Assembly: GCF_001194135.2 (NCBI RefSeq)
Contig: NC_068981.1
Location: 110,670,535 to 110,734,534 of the forward strand
Reading direction: 5' to 3'
Source: Octopus bimaculoides
Taxonomy: Eukaryota
DNA length: 64,000 nucleotides
Shown here: positions 39,288-52,246 of the stretch, piece by piece
Position numbering within the stretch: position 1 is the stretch's first letter
Layout of the letters: each line of letters opens with the position of its first letter
Notes under the pieces: generated by a model
What the model saw: the letters and a program-made list of their open reading frames with translations, nothing else
The model's database searches: none
Told to the model about the DNA's origin: nothing
Made by a program: the position numbers and the translations under genes

Positions 39288-40815
39288 ATCATCATCATCA
39301 TCATCATCATCGTTTAACGTCTGCTTTCCATGCTAGCATGGGTTGGACGATTTGACTGAGGACTGGTGAACCAGATGGCTGCACTAGGCTTCAATCTGAT
39401 TTGGCAGAGGTACTACAGCTGGATGCCTTTCCTAATGCCAACCATTCTGAGAGTGTAGTGGGTGCTTTTACGTGCCAATGGCACAAAGGCTAGTCAGGCG
39501 GTACTGGCAACGGCCACACTCAAAATGGTATATTTTACGTGCCACCTGCAAAGGAGCCAGTCCAGCGGCACTGGCAATGGTCTCGCTTGAATGTCGTTTT
39601 ATGTGCCACCGGCAGAAGTGCCTGGAAGGCGACGCTGTTAACGATCATGCTCAAATGGTGCTATTTATGTGCCACCGGCACGGAAACCAGACAGTTGCTT
39701 TGGCAATGATCACACTCGAACGGTGCTATTAGTGCTCCACTTGTACAGGTGCCACCACGATTTCGCCTTCGCTTGCCCCAACATGTCTTCACAAGCCGAG
39801 TTTAGTGTCCAATGATGGAGACGTTGGCATTGGTGCCAGTCATCGAATTTAGTTCGATTTCGATTTCACTTGCCTCAACAGGTCTTCGCAAGTCCAATGA
39901 AGGAAAGGTACGCATAAGTGGGCTGGCTACATCCCTGGCTGAAGCCTTGGATTTTGGTCTCACTTGGCTTGCCAGGTTTTCTCACGCACAGCATATTTCC
40001 AAAGGTCTCGGTCAGAAGTCATTGCCTTGGTGAGGCCTAATGTTCGAAAGTCATGCTTCACAACCTCATCCCAGGTCTTCCTGGGCCTACTTCTTCCATA
40101 GGTTTCCTCAACCACTAGGGTGTGGCACTTTTTCACACAGCTATCCTCATCCATTCTCGCCACATGACCATACCAGCGCAATCGTCTCTCTTGCACACCA
40201 CAACTGATGCTTCTTAGGTTCAACTTTTCTCTCAAGGTACTTACACTCTGTCATGTATGCACACTGACATTACTCATCCATCGGAGCATACTGGCTTCAT
40301 TCCTTGCGAGATTACGCATGTCTTCAGCAGTCATGGTCCATGTTTCTCTGCCATGTATCATGGGTGTTCGTACACATGCGTCATACTCATGCCTTTTACT
40401 CAGAGTGAGAGGCCCATTGTCACCAGCAGAGGTAAGAGCTCTCTGAACTTTGCCCAGGCTATTCTTATTCTAGTAGCTACACTTTAAGCGCACCCTTCCC
40501 CCACTACTAACTTGGTCACCTACAGAGCGGAAGCTATCAACTATGTCTAGGTTTTCTCCCTGGAATGTGGCTGAAGTTGTTTTCTGCACATTTTCAGTGT
40601 TTATTGTTCCTGAACATCTGCCACATTCAAAAACTAACTTCCTAGTAAACCTTCCTTTGATATTGCTGCACCTCTTATGTGTCCATAGCTTGCACTTGGT
40701 ACATCTTATAGAGTTTCTGCTTACACCTTTTCTACAGATCGAGTAGGGCCATCTACCTGAAGGGGATTGTGTTTTGTCTACCTTCCTACTTATTAGGACT
40801 TTGGTTTTAGCTAGC
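39288..40815 (-). mobile_element. RTE LINE (PHD-RT family) copy 1, 5'-truncated, with (GAT)n tail
   Basis: RT C-terminal region VQERRLRWYGHVARMDE..GRSRPRKTWDEVV, a 3' UTR with about 65-bp repeats, and the terminus GCATGGAAAGCAGACGTTAAACGATGATGAT. Confidence 0.9.
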
Positions 40816-40818
40816 AAT

Positions 40819-43800
40819 ATCATCATCATCATCATCATCATCGTTTAACGTCTGCTTTCCATGCTAGCATGGGTTGGACGATTTGATTGAGGACTGGTGA
40901 AACCAGGTGGTAACACCAAGTTCCAATCTGATTTGGCAGAGTTTCTACAGCTGGATGCCCTTCCTAATGCCAACCACTCAGAAAGTGTAGTGAGTACTTT
41001 TACGTGTCACCCGCACGAAGGCCAGTCAGGCGGTACTGGCAACAGCCATGCTCAAAATGGTGTATTTNNNNNNNNNNNNNNNNNNNNNNNNNNNNNNNNN
41101 NNNNNNNNNNNNNNNNNNNNNNNNNNNNNNNNNNNNNNNNNNNNNNNNNNNNNNNNNNNNNNNNNNNNNNNNNNNNNNNNNNNNNNNNNNNNNNNNNNNN
41201 NNNNNNNNNNNNNNNNNNNNNNNNNNNNNNNNNNNNNNNNNNNNNNNNNNNNNNNNNNNNNNNNNNNNNNNNNNNNNNNNNNNNNNNNNNNNNNNNNNNN
41301 NNNNNNNNNNNNNNNNNNNNNNNNNNNNNNNNNNNNNNNNNNNNNNNNNNNNNNNNNNNNNNNNNNNNNNNNNNNNNNNNNNNNNNNNNNNNNNNNNNNN
41401 NNNNNNNNNNNNNNNNNNNNNNNNNNNNNNNNNNNNNNNNNNNNNNNNNNNNNNNNNNNNNNNNNNNNNNNNNNNNNNNNNNNNNNNNNNNNNNNNNNNN
41501 NNNNNNNNNNNNNNNNNNNNNNNNNNNNNNNNNNNNNNNNNNNNNNNNNNNNNNNNNNNNNNNNNNNNNNNNNNNNNNNNNNNNNNNNNNNNNNNNNNNN
41601 NNNNNNNNGCGCAATCGTCTCTCTTGCACACCACAACTGATGCTACTTATGTTCAGCTTTTCTCTCAAGATACTTACACTCTGTCGGGTATGCGCACTGA
41701 CATTACTCATCCATCGGAGCATACTGGCTTCATTCCTTGTGAGTTTACGCATGTCCTCAGCAGTCACAGCCCATGTTTCACTGCCATGTAGCATGGCTGT
41801 TCGTACACATGCGTCATACAGTCTGCCTTTTACTCTGAGTGAGAGTCCCTTTGTCACCAGCAGATGTAAGAGCTCTGTGAACTTTGCCCAGGCTATTCTT
41901 ATTCTAGCAGCTACACTTTCAGCACACCCACCGCCACTACTAACTTGGTCAACCAGATAGCGGAAGCTATCAACTACCTGTAGATTTTCACCCTGGAATG
42001 AGACAGAAGTTGTTCTCCGTTTGTTTACAGTGTTTATTGCGCCTGAACATCTGCCACATACAAAAAATAACTTCCTAGTTAACCTGCCTTTGATATTGCT
42101 GCACCTCTTATGTGTCCATAGCTTGCAATGGGTATATCTTATAGAGTTACTACCTACACCTTTTCTACATACTGAGCAGGACCATCTACCTGAAGGGGTT
42201 TGTGTTTTATCTACCTTCCTATTTATTAGGATTTTGGTTTTAGGTAGGTTGACTCTAAAGCTCATCGATTCTAGTCCTTGCTTCCGCACCTGAAACTTCT
42301 CCTTTAGTTCTGATAGTGACTCTGCAATTAGTGCAAGGTCATCAGCATAGAGGAGCTCCCAGGGGAAACCTGTCTTGAATTCCACTGTGATCGCCTGGAG
42401 GACTATGATAAATAGGAGGGGGCTGAGGACAGAACCTTGGTGGACCCCTACCTTTACCCGGAATTCATTACTGTACTCATTTCCAACCCTCACCTTACTG
42501 ACAGCATCTCTGTACATGGCTCGCACAGCTCTCACTAACCATTCTTCTATCCCAAGTTTCCTCATTGACCACCAGATAAGGGATCGGGGGACCCTGTCAA
42601 AGGCTTTCTCCATGTCAACGAAAGCCAGGTACAGAGGTTTATCCTNNNNNNNNNNNNNNNNNNNNNNNNNNNNNNNNNNNNNNNNNNNNNNNNNNNNNNN
42701 NNNNNNNNNNNNNNNNNNNNNNNNNNNNNNNNNNNNNNNNNNNNNNNNNNNNNNNNNNNNNNNNNNNNNNNNNNNNNNNNNNNNNNNNNNNNNNNNNNNN
42801 NNNNNNNNNNNNNNNNNNNNNNNNNNNNNNNNNNNNNNNNNNNNNNNNNNNNNNNNNNNNNNNNNNNNNNNNNNNNNNNNNNNNNNNNNNNNNNNNNNNN
42901 NNNNNNNNNNNNNNNNNNNNNNNNNNNNNNNNNNNNNNNNNNNNNNNNNNNNNNNNNNNNNNNNNNNNNNNNNNNNNNNNNNNNNNNNNNNNNNNNNNNN
43001 NNNNNNNNNNNNNNNNNNNNNNNNNNNNNNNNNNNNNNNNNNNNNNNNNNNNNNNNNNNNNNNNNNNNNNNNNNNNNNNNNNNNNNNNNNNNNNNNNNNN
43101 NNNNNNNNNNNNNNNNNNNNNNNNNNNNNNNNNNNNNNNNNNNNNNNNNNNNNNNNNNNNNNNNNNNNNNNNNNNNNNNNNNNNNNNNNNNNNNNNNNNN
43201 NNNNNNNNNNNNNNNNNNNNNNNNNNNNNNNNNNNNNNNNNNNNNNNNNNNNNNNNNNNNNNNNNNNNNNNNNNNNNNNNNNNNNNNNNNNNNNNNGTAA
43301 CTTTCATAACCTGATCTAACAGCTTCATGCCTCTGTAATTATTTATATCTAAAGCGTCACCTTTACCTTTGTAGCAGTTGACTATGGTGCTGCTACACCA
43401 GTCATTGGGTATGACTCCTTCGTGTATCACCTGGTTCGTAATACGGGTGACTAGGCTATAGTGGACACTGCCAGATATTTTGAGCATCTCTGCAGTGATT
43501 CCTGATGGGCCGGGGGCTTTCCCTGTCTTCATACTCTTAATTGCTTTATCTATCATGGTACTGTCAACTCGGATAGCTGGTCCCTCTGTTGGGTCGACAT
43601 ATGGCAGACTCTCTTTCTCCCATTCATTCTCTTTATTGAGCAATCTATCATAGTGGCATTTCCAGACCTCTTTCTTTGCAGTCTTATTTAGTGCAATTGT
43701 ACCATCATCCATGCGAACACATTTCTCCCTACGACATCACTATTCTCTCTCCTACACTGTCTTGCAACACGAAATACCTCAAGTCTTTGGTCCTCACGTC

Positions 43801-44503
43801 GCAGAACATTGGCAAATATTTTCTTATCTGCTTCCCCTCTGGCTAAATAAACTTGTCGCCTAGCTTCACTTCTGGCAGATTGGTACAATTCCCTGCTACC
43901 ACCATTCTTCCAGTCCTTCCAAGCCTGTTTCTTTTGTCTAATAGCCCTGTCTACTTCCTTGTTCCACCACCATGTTACTCTGGGTCGAGAGGGGACTTTA
44001 CACCAACCACATATCTGGTCGGTGGCTCTCAGCAGGTTGTCCCGCAGAAATCTCGAATTGTCTTCCACGTTGTATGATGCTATATCCGCTTCTATTTCGT
44101 CAAATGCTTCGAGTAACATGTCTCTGAGTCTATGTCCATTTGCATGGTCTTTAAGCTTCCACACCCTTCTCCTCCAAGCCGGTCTACTTCTGGGCACCCA
44201 TTTTGCCTTGATCCTGAAGTCGCTAACTACTAATCTGTGGTGGTGTGTACATTCTTCGCCAGGGAAGGTTTTGGCATTTATAAGCCGCCCTCTTTCCCTG
44301 TTTCTGGCGAGGATGTAGTCGATTTGGCTAGAGTGTCTGCCGGATCGGTAGGTGACTAGGTGACAGGCAGGTTTCCTGAAGTTGGTATTGCAAACCATAA
44401 GATCGGTTGCATCACAGAACTCCAGCAGTCTGGTTCCCTCCTCGTTGCGGGAACCGAAGCCATAGCCTCCATGTATGCCATGGAAGCCTCCAGCACGACG
44501 TCC
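40819..44503 (-). mobile_element. RTE LINE (PHD-RT family) copy 2, APE C-terminal half to 3' tail, two gaps
   Basis: SQIDYIL, KTGKAPGPSG, NYRGMKLL, DMEKAFDRV, GVHQGSVLSPLLF, LLYADDL, MLHGSETW, and the (GAT)n tail. Confidence 0.93.
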
Positions 44504-46259
44504 GAATATATGTATATATTATATATGTATAATATATATAATATTATATATATATTATATAATATATATATAATACATATGTATTTAATATATATATTAT
44601 ATAATTCTTATATATCTATAATATAAATTGGACATGGGCGATCATTGTATCCTTTCTTGTCTCGAGGTTCATAGCGAAACCGCTGGGTGGATTCACATGA
44701 AAAATGGCACACACGTGGAAACGGGTGCATAGATTAGAATGCAGTTTGTATTTTTTTCTAGCTCCTATACTTACCGAGAAAATCGATTACAACGTTTTCT
44801 AATGAAATTCCCCTGTTTGTTCTGCCATTAAAACAACCAGTTGCTCACACTGCTGGCATATACCATTTCTCTAGCAACAAGAGGAATACAGTATGACACT
44901 CAGCCAATACTTTCGCTATGCTGTCTCTCTTCTTTCACATCTTTGTGGGGTTAATAATCTTAATCTTTAGTCACAGTCTCTCATTCAAACTACATAATAG
45001 GTAGAATTGTTGGATTAAGATAGTAGGGTATTTTGAGGGAAATTTGGCCGGTATTTGTACCAGGTCTTGCTATCATGTAGAGGTCTGAACTTAATTTTCA
45101 TTCACATATTTACATCTCAAAAATTTAACATAATCTTTTCCATAAATCAAATATCGTAAAAATTTTATACAATGACCTCACATTTTCTATGTATGTGTGT
45201 GTACCTTAAAAGACGTCAATCATCACGACACACACCTTCACTCACTAACTCTATCTCTCTTTATCTCTCACATACACACGCGCACNNNNNNNNNNNNNNN
45301 NNNNNNNNNNNNNNNNNNNNNNNNNNNNNNNNNNNNNNNNNNNNNNNNNNNNNNNNNNNNNNNNNNNNNNNNNNNNNNNNNNNNNNNNNNNNNNNNNNNN
45401 NNNNNNNNNNNNNNNNNNNNNNNNNNNNNNNNNNNNNNNNNNNNNNNNNNNNNNNNNNNNNNNNNNNNNNNNNNNNNNNNNNNNNNNNNNNNNNNNNNNN
45501 NNNNNNNNNNNNNNNNNNNNNNNNNNNNNNNNNNNNNNNNNNNNNNNNNNNNNNNNNNNNNNNNNNNNNNNNNNNNNNNNNNNNNNNNNNNNNNNNNNNN
45601 NNNNNNNNNNNNNNNNNNNNNNNNNNNNNNNNNNNNNNNNNNNNNNNNNNNNNNNNNNNNNNNNNNNNNNNNNNNNNNNNNNNNNNNNNNNNNNNNNNNN
45701 NNNNNNNNNNNNNNNNNNNNNNNNNNNNNNNNNNNNNNNNNNNNNNNNNNNNNNNNNNNNNNNNNNNNNNNNNNNNNNNNNNNNNNNNNNNNNNNNNNNN
45801 NNNNNNNNNNNNNNNNNNNNNNNNNNNNNNNNNNNNNNNNNNNNNNNNNNNNNNNNNNNNNNNNNNNNNNNNNNNNNNNNNNNNNNNNNNNNNNNNNNNN
45901 NNNNNNNNNNNNNNNNNNNNNNNNNNNNNNNNNNNNNNNNNNNNNNNNNNNNNNNNNNNNNNNNNNNNNNNNNNNNNNNNNNNNNNNNNNNNNNNNNNNN
46001 NNNNNNNNNNNNNNNNNNNNNNNNNNNNNNNNNNNNNNNNNNNNNNNNNNNNNNNNNNNNNNNNNNNNNNNNNNNNNNNNNNNNNTATATTATATGAAAT
46101 ACTTTCATATATATCTATGTGTGGATTTATTTGCGTGTGTATACATGTGTGTGTGTGTTTGGATATATATATAGATATGTGTGTGCATATATATATATAT
46201 ATATATTGTCTTGTTTTTTTATCTTTTAATGCTTTCATTTGTCATTCGCTATTAATAAT

Positions 46260-46992
46260 TTTAATATGTATTATTTACTTATATTGACTTTCATATGCTA
46301 ATTATTTAAATTGACCCTTAAATATATAGCTTCCCAATCTCCCTCTCTCAGCCTTCGTTTCACCTGAATTCTTTATGTAATTTTCTGAATGGAATCTCTT
46401 GTTCCTTCCTGTGTTCTCAAGTTGGCTACATATATTTTGTACCATGTATCTAAAGTAACCCTTGCTTGATCTTTCTGTGTTTCATGTTGGTTAAATATTC
46501 TTCATACTATTGTCTTATTCCTTCCTACTCAAAATAGCTTCTTGTGCTATTCTCTGCTACTATTATTGCTATTTTTTTCAACCCAGTGAGAAAGCGCTAT
46601 TCCATAATGTCCACTTCCGGTTGTAGCATATCTATAAAACACTCTACTCTCATGTTCCCTTCCTGTTTTTTTTTACGCAACTCATCCCACGTAGACGGTT
46701 TTTGGACGCCCAGTTATGCATTGCTAAGCTAAGATATTCTCTCGTTTTTCCATCTTCTCATGCATTCATTCGCCATTTGCAATTGATACTTTTAATATGT
46801 ATTATTTACTAATATCTACTTTCATAAGCTATTATTAAATTGACCCTTCAATATATAACTTCCTATTCTCTCTTGGCCTTTGTGTCACATTAATTCTTCA
46901 TGTAATTTTCTAAATGAAATCTTTCCTTCCCTCCTGTGTTCTCAAGTTGGCTACATATATTTTGTATCATCTCTCTAAATTAACCCTTGCTT
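46260..46992. repeat. Diverged direct duplication of about 205 bp (46260-46468 and 46790-46992)
   Basis: Both copies share TTAAATTGACCCTT and CCTGTGTTCTCAAGTTGGCTACATATATTTTGTA. Confidence 0.8.
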
Positions 46993-47327
46993 TTTCACAG
47001 TGCACCAGCCAATTCTCACTCCCACCACCAATACTGGATATCTCTCTCTTCTCCCACCGCCATCACCGGATATCACTCTTCTCTCACCAGAAACTCACTG
47101 ATGGACTCCTCTATCATACCTGCAATCCCCTCTCCCAGGAGAAATACAACTAGTTTAACTGCTCACCTACTTAATCGGCTATCTTTCATTTTGACTCGAA
47201 ATTTGTCAACTAACTACTCAGTAATTTCTGTGGACGTATTGAAGTGGAAACAGAAAGCTAATGGGCTGTACATGCCTGCTTGTTCCTGTGTGCATGCGCA
47301 TGCGTATGTGTGAGGGCACGTGCGTGT

Positions 47328-47428
<101 letters not shown>

Positions 47429-47639
47429 GGCATGCTTGTTCCTCTCTTCTCTCACTGGGAACCCCCCTCCCTCACTGGTGGTATCCTCTATCATACCTGC
47501 AATTTCCTCTCCCAGAACGAATGCAACTAGTTTTGGTGCCCATCTTCTTAATCTAACATTGTCATATTGATATTTATTTTTATTGATTTACTTACTTATA
47601 TCTGCAACACCAGTAATGCTTAAATTTATATTTTTACGA

Positions 47640-50600
47640 TGTTCATAATGCTTATACTCACAACACTGCTAACACCTACTCCTACCCCCAGTAGGGGCAA
47701 CAATCTTAACACACTTGAATGCTTGAATGATGACGGGTCAAAAGTGAGAACAGGTGTAGCATGTCTATCAAACGAACATGGAAACCTTCTTCTTTTCAGG
47801 CACTGAATAAAATCTCCCCTCCCCATGCCTCCTCCCATATTCCTTTCCCAGTTTTTAGAGTTGGCACTGTCAATGTAGGCACACTGAATGGTAGGTCTAG
47901 TGAGATTGTAGAGATGCTTAAACAGAGACATGTTGATGTATGCTGCATAGAAGAGGTAAGGTGGAGAAGAGCTTCAGCCAGGGTCCTCACAGGCAAGGCA
48001 CATAGGTATAAAATCTAGGAAGGTAACAGCGATGGAGTAGGGGGTGTAGGCATACTCCTTGCAGAGAAATGGGTGAATAAGGTCATAGAGGTAGTCAGGG
48101 TATGCAGTAGAGTGCTTAAGCTCAGGTTAGTCCTGCAGAATAGTATAGCTACAATTATCTCTGTCTATGCCCCACAAGCAGGCCTACCAAACAAACAGAA
48201 GAACCACTTTTATGATATCCTTCTTCAGGCTGCCTCAAAGACAAGTGCCAATGACCTCATCTTTACGGCTGGAAATTTTAATGGGCATGTTGTATGGTAA
48301 TCTGATATCTTCCATGGTGTTCACGGGGTCCATGGAATTGGTTCCCGAAACGAAGTCGGAACTAGGCTACTGGAGTTCTGTGATGTATGCAACCTATTAA
48401 TCTGCAACACTAACTTCAGGAAGCCAGACAGCCACCTGATAAGCTATCAATCAGGTGACTCTGCTAGCCAGATTGATTTCATCCTCACCAGATAGTGAGA
48501 TGCAAGGTTACTCTTAAATACAAAGACCCTCCCTGGTGAAGAATGTATCCTCCTGCATAGACTAGTTATTAGTGACTTTAGACTCGAGGCCAGAAGGATG
48601 CCAAGAAGCAGACCATTCCAGAAAAGAAAGATTTGGAAGTTAAAGAACCCTTCACATGGTCAGAGATTTAGGGACATCTTCATTGAGAAATTTGATGAGA
48701 GAGAGAGGAGGAGCTACAGACTTCAGACAGAGAGGGTAACTGGAAATTCCTATGGGACAGCTTACTGAGCGCCATAGACCAAATCTACGGCTGGTGCAAA
48801 GTCCCTTCCAGACCTAGAGTAACGTGGTGGTGGAATAATACAGTAGACAAGGCCATCAGAGCAAAGAAACAGGCCTGGAAATCCTGGAAGAGTGGGGATA
48901 ACAGGGAACTGTACCATATAGCCAGAAGGGAGGCTGGGTGACAGGTATACATAGCCAAGGGAGGAGCAGAAAAGAAGTTTGCCTATGTTCAGCAACGTGA
49001 GGACCAAAGAACTGAAGTATTTTGGATTGCAAGACAGTGTGTGAGAGAAAATTGTGATGTCACAGGAGAGAAATATGTCTGCATGGATGATGGTGCACTT
49101 GCTTTTAATGATTCTGCAAAGAAGGAGGCTTGGAGAAGCCATTATGAAAGGATGTTGAATACGGAGAATGAATAGGAGGAGGAGGGCCTGCCAAATGTTG
49201 ACTGAGTAGAAAGACCAGCTACCTGAATAGATAGCACCGTGGTAGATAAAGCAATTAAGTATATGAAGTCAAGAAAAGCCCCCCGCCCATCAGGAATCAC
49301 TGCTGAGATGCTTAAAATATCTGGTGCTGTGGGTTATGGCCTAGTTACCTGTATTGTAAACCAGGTAAATCATGAAGAAGTCATACCCTATGACTGACAT
49401 AGCAGCACCATAGTCGACTGCTACAAAGGTAGATAGAAATAACTACAGCATTATTAAACTGCTTGGTGATGAAGGTCACGCAGAGGGTCATAGTCCAACT
49501 AATTAAGGAGAGAGTCTGTTTAGATGAGATGCATTTCAGTTTTGTGCCAGGTAGAAGCACCACTAATGCTATATTTCTGGTATGGCAACTGCAGTAGAAA
49601 TACCTAGCTAAAGATAAACTCCTATACTTGGCTTTCGTTTGACAAGGTTCCCCCTATCCCTTATCTGGTGGGCAATGCGGAAACTGGGGATTGATGAGTG
49701 GTGAATAAGAGCTGTACAGGGTTGCCGTTAGTAAGCTAAGGGTCTGCAATGAGTATAGTTAAGAATTCCAGGCAGAAGTAGGGGTTCACCAAGGATCAGA
49801 CCTCAACCCCGTCTTATTCATCATAGTACTCCAGGCAATAACTGAGGAATTCAAGATAGGTTGCCCCTTGGAGCTCCTCTGTGCTCATGACCTTGCTCTC
49901 ATAGCAGAATCCCTACCAGAAATAGAGAAGAAGTTTCAGGTGTGGAAGCAAGATTTAGAATTGAAGGGCCTTAGAGTCAATGTTGCAAAGACCAAAGTCC
50001 TAGTAAGTAGGAAGGCAAACACATCACAAACACCTTCAGGTAGATGGCACTGCTTGATCTGTAGATAAGGTGTGGTTAGAAACTCCATAAGATGTACCCA
50101 ATGCAAGTTTTGGATGCATAAGAGGTGCAGCAACATCAAAGGAAAGTTATCCGGAAAAATAGCTTTTGTGTCCGGCAGATGCACAGGGGCAATAAACATT
50201 GCAGATGCTCAGAAACTGATTCCATCAAATGCCAGCGGGAGAAACTAGAAGTAGTTGATAACTTCTGCTACCTAGGTGACCAAGTCTGTTGTGGGGGTAG
50301 GTGCTCGGAGAGCATTGTCACTAGAATAAGAATAACCTGGGCAAAGTTCAGAAAGCTCCTACTTTTACTGGTGACAAAAGGTCTCTCACTCAGGGTAAAA
50401 GATAAATTGTATGATGCATGTGTACAAACTTCCATGCTACACAGTAGTGAAACATGGGCCACGACTGCTGAAGACATGCGTATACTTGAAAGAAATGAAA
50501 CAAGTATGATCCACTGGATGTGTAATGTCAGTGTGGACACACGACAAAGTGTAAGCACCCTGAGAGAATTGTTGAGCATAAGAAGCATCAGATGTGGTGT

Positions 50601-51406
50601 GCGAGAGAGATGACTGCACTGGTCATGTGCTGCATATGGATGAGACGAGCTGTGTGAAGAAGTGTCACACTCTAACAGTGGAAGGAACCCGTAGAAGAGG
50701 GAGACCCAGGAAGACACGGTATGTGGTGGTGAAGCATGACCATCAAATGTTGGGCCTCACAGGGGCAATGACAAAAGACCGAGACCTCTGGAGATATGCT
50801 GTGATTGAGAAGACCAGGCAAGTAAAGTGATATCACAGCCATAGCCTACACCAGTGTCCCATAACCAGCCCATTTTAAAAGTACCTTTGAATAGTTGGGC
50901 AATATGCCATGCTTGAGGGGACCTATTGAGAGTCAAGTAAAATCAAAATCAAAATCAAATCAAATGGAAATTGTAGTTGTGGCTGATGCCAGTTCCACCT
51001 GATTGGCTCCCGTGCTGGTGGCACACAATAAGCACCATTCATGTGTGGGTTGTTGCCAGTGCCGACCAACTGGCTACCCGTGCCAGTGGCACGTAAAAAG
51101 CAACATCTGAACTAGGTCGATGCCAGCTCCCCCCTCTCCCACCCACCACAACTGTCTCCTGTGCTGGTAGCACATAAAAAGCACCATCTGAACACCTCGC
51201 CAATGCCAGTGCCACCTGAGTGGCTCCTGTGCCAGTGGCATGTAAAAAGCACCCACTACACTCTTGGAATGGTTAGCATTAGGAAGGGCATCCAACTGTA
51301 GAAACATTGCTGGATCAGATTGGAGCCTGGTGAGGCCTCCTGGCTTGCCAGTCCCCAATCAATCCACCCAACCCATGCCAGCATGGAAAACGGACGTTAA
51401 ATGATG
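47640..51406 (+). mobile_element. RTE LINE (PHD-RT family) copy 3, near full length, heavily decayed
   Basis: FRVGTVNVGTL..VCCIEEVRW, ISVYAPQ, GNFNGHV, LLCAHDLAL (degenerate YADD) and MLHSSETW. The end is CCATGCCAGCATGGAAAACGGACGTTAAATGATG. Confidence 0.9.
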
Positions 51407-51459
51407 AAAGATATGTGTGTGTGCGTGTGTCTAAATGTTTTTTAATTTGTGTGTGTGTT

Positions 51460-51511
<52 letters not shown>

Positions 51512-51755
51512 TACATATAAATCTGCATTCTTATGCTTACATTTGTTCATTATAAAGTGTATTATATATGTATTGGTACACGTTTCTATATATGATATCG
51601 CCTATGTCTGTATGTGTGTGTGTGTGTGTGTCTTTGTACTGATCTATGAATATCTGTATATGCATGTATATATGTGCATCTACATATATGTATATATCCT
51701 TTTTTTAACTCTATATATCTATATGTGTATTTCTGTGTACAAGTATATGTTTGCA

Positions 51756-51858
<103 letters not shown>

Positions 51859-52246
51859 TATACTAAAAGTCAGTTTGTCTATTTTCCTGCCATTTGGTTA
51901 AGATGATAAAAATTACAAATAAAATAGTCATTTTCCCCCTCGAAGAAAAAAAATCAAGTTGAAAATGTCAACACTTCAAAGAGTCCTCACAGCTACCACT
52001 GTCCATCCTTTTTTCTTACTTTCTTTTTTCTTACTTTCTTTTTTCTTTCCTTACTCATTGGACTTGAAAGAGAAATTCTTATATTTTTATGAGATATTTT
52101 TTGAATCACAGATACTTGATTTTTTTGTTGTTTTGTTAATGGGGAAATTAATGTTTTATTTAAAATAAAATATTGATCTTTATCATCTTAATCAAAAGGC
52201 AAAAAAAACAAAACAGACAAACTATCATTTTATAGACAAAGATCAG

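Noticed and set aside
39460-39760. CRISPR-like repeat/spacer appearance
   Set aside because: The repeats are degenerate, the spacers resemble each other, the array is part of a LINE 3' UTR, and there are no cas genes in this eukaryotic context.
1394-46287. Many long ORFs containing X runs (e.g. 33453..34244, 45172..46287, 27860..28411)
   Set aside because: They are open only because N gaps contain no stop codons, and their flanks are microsatellite translations.
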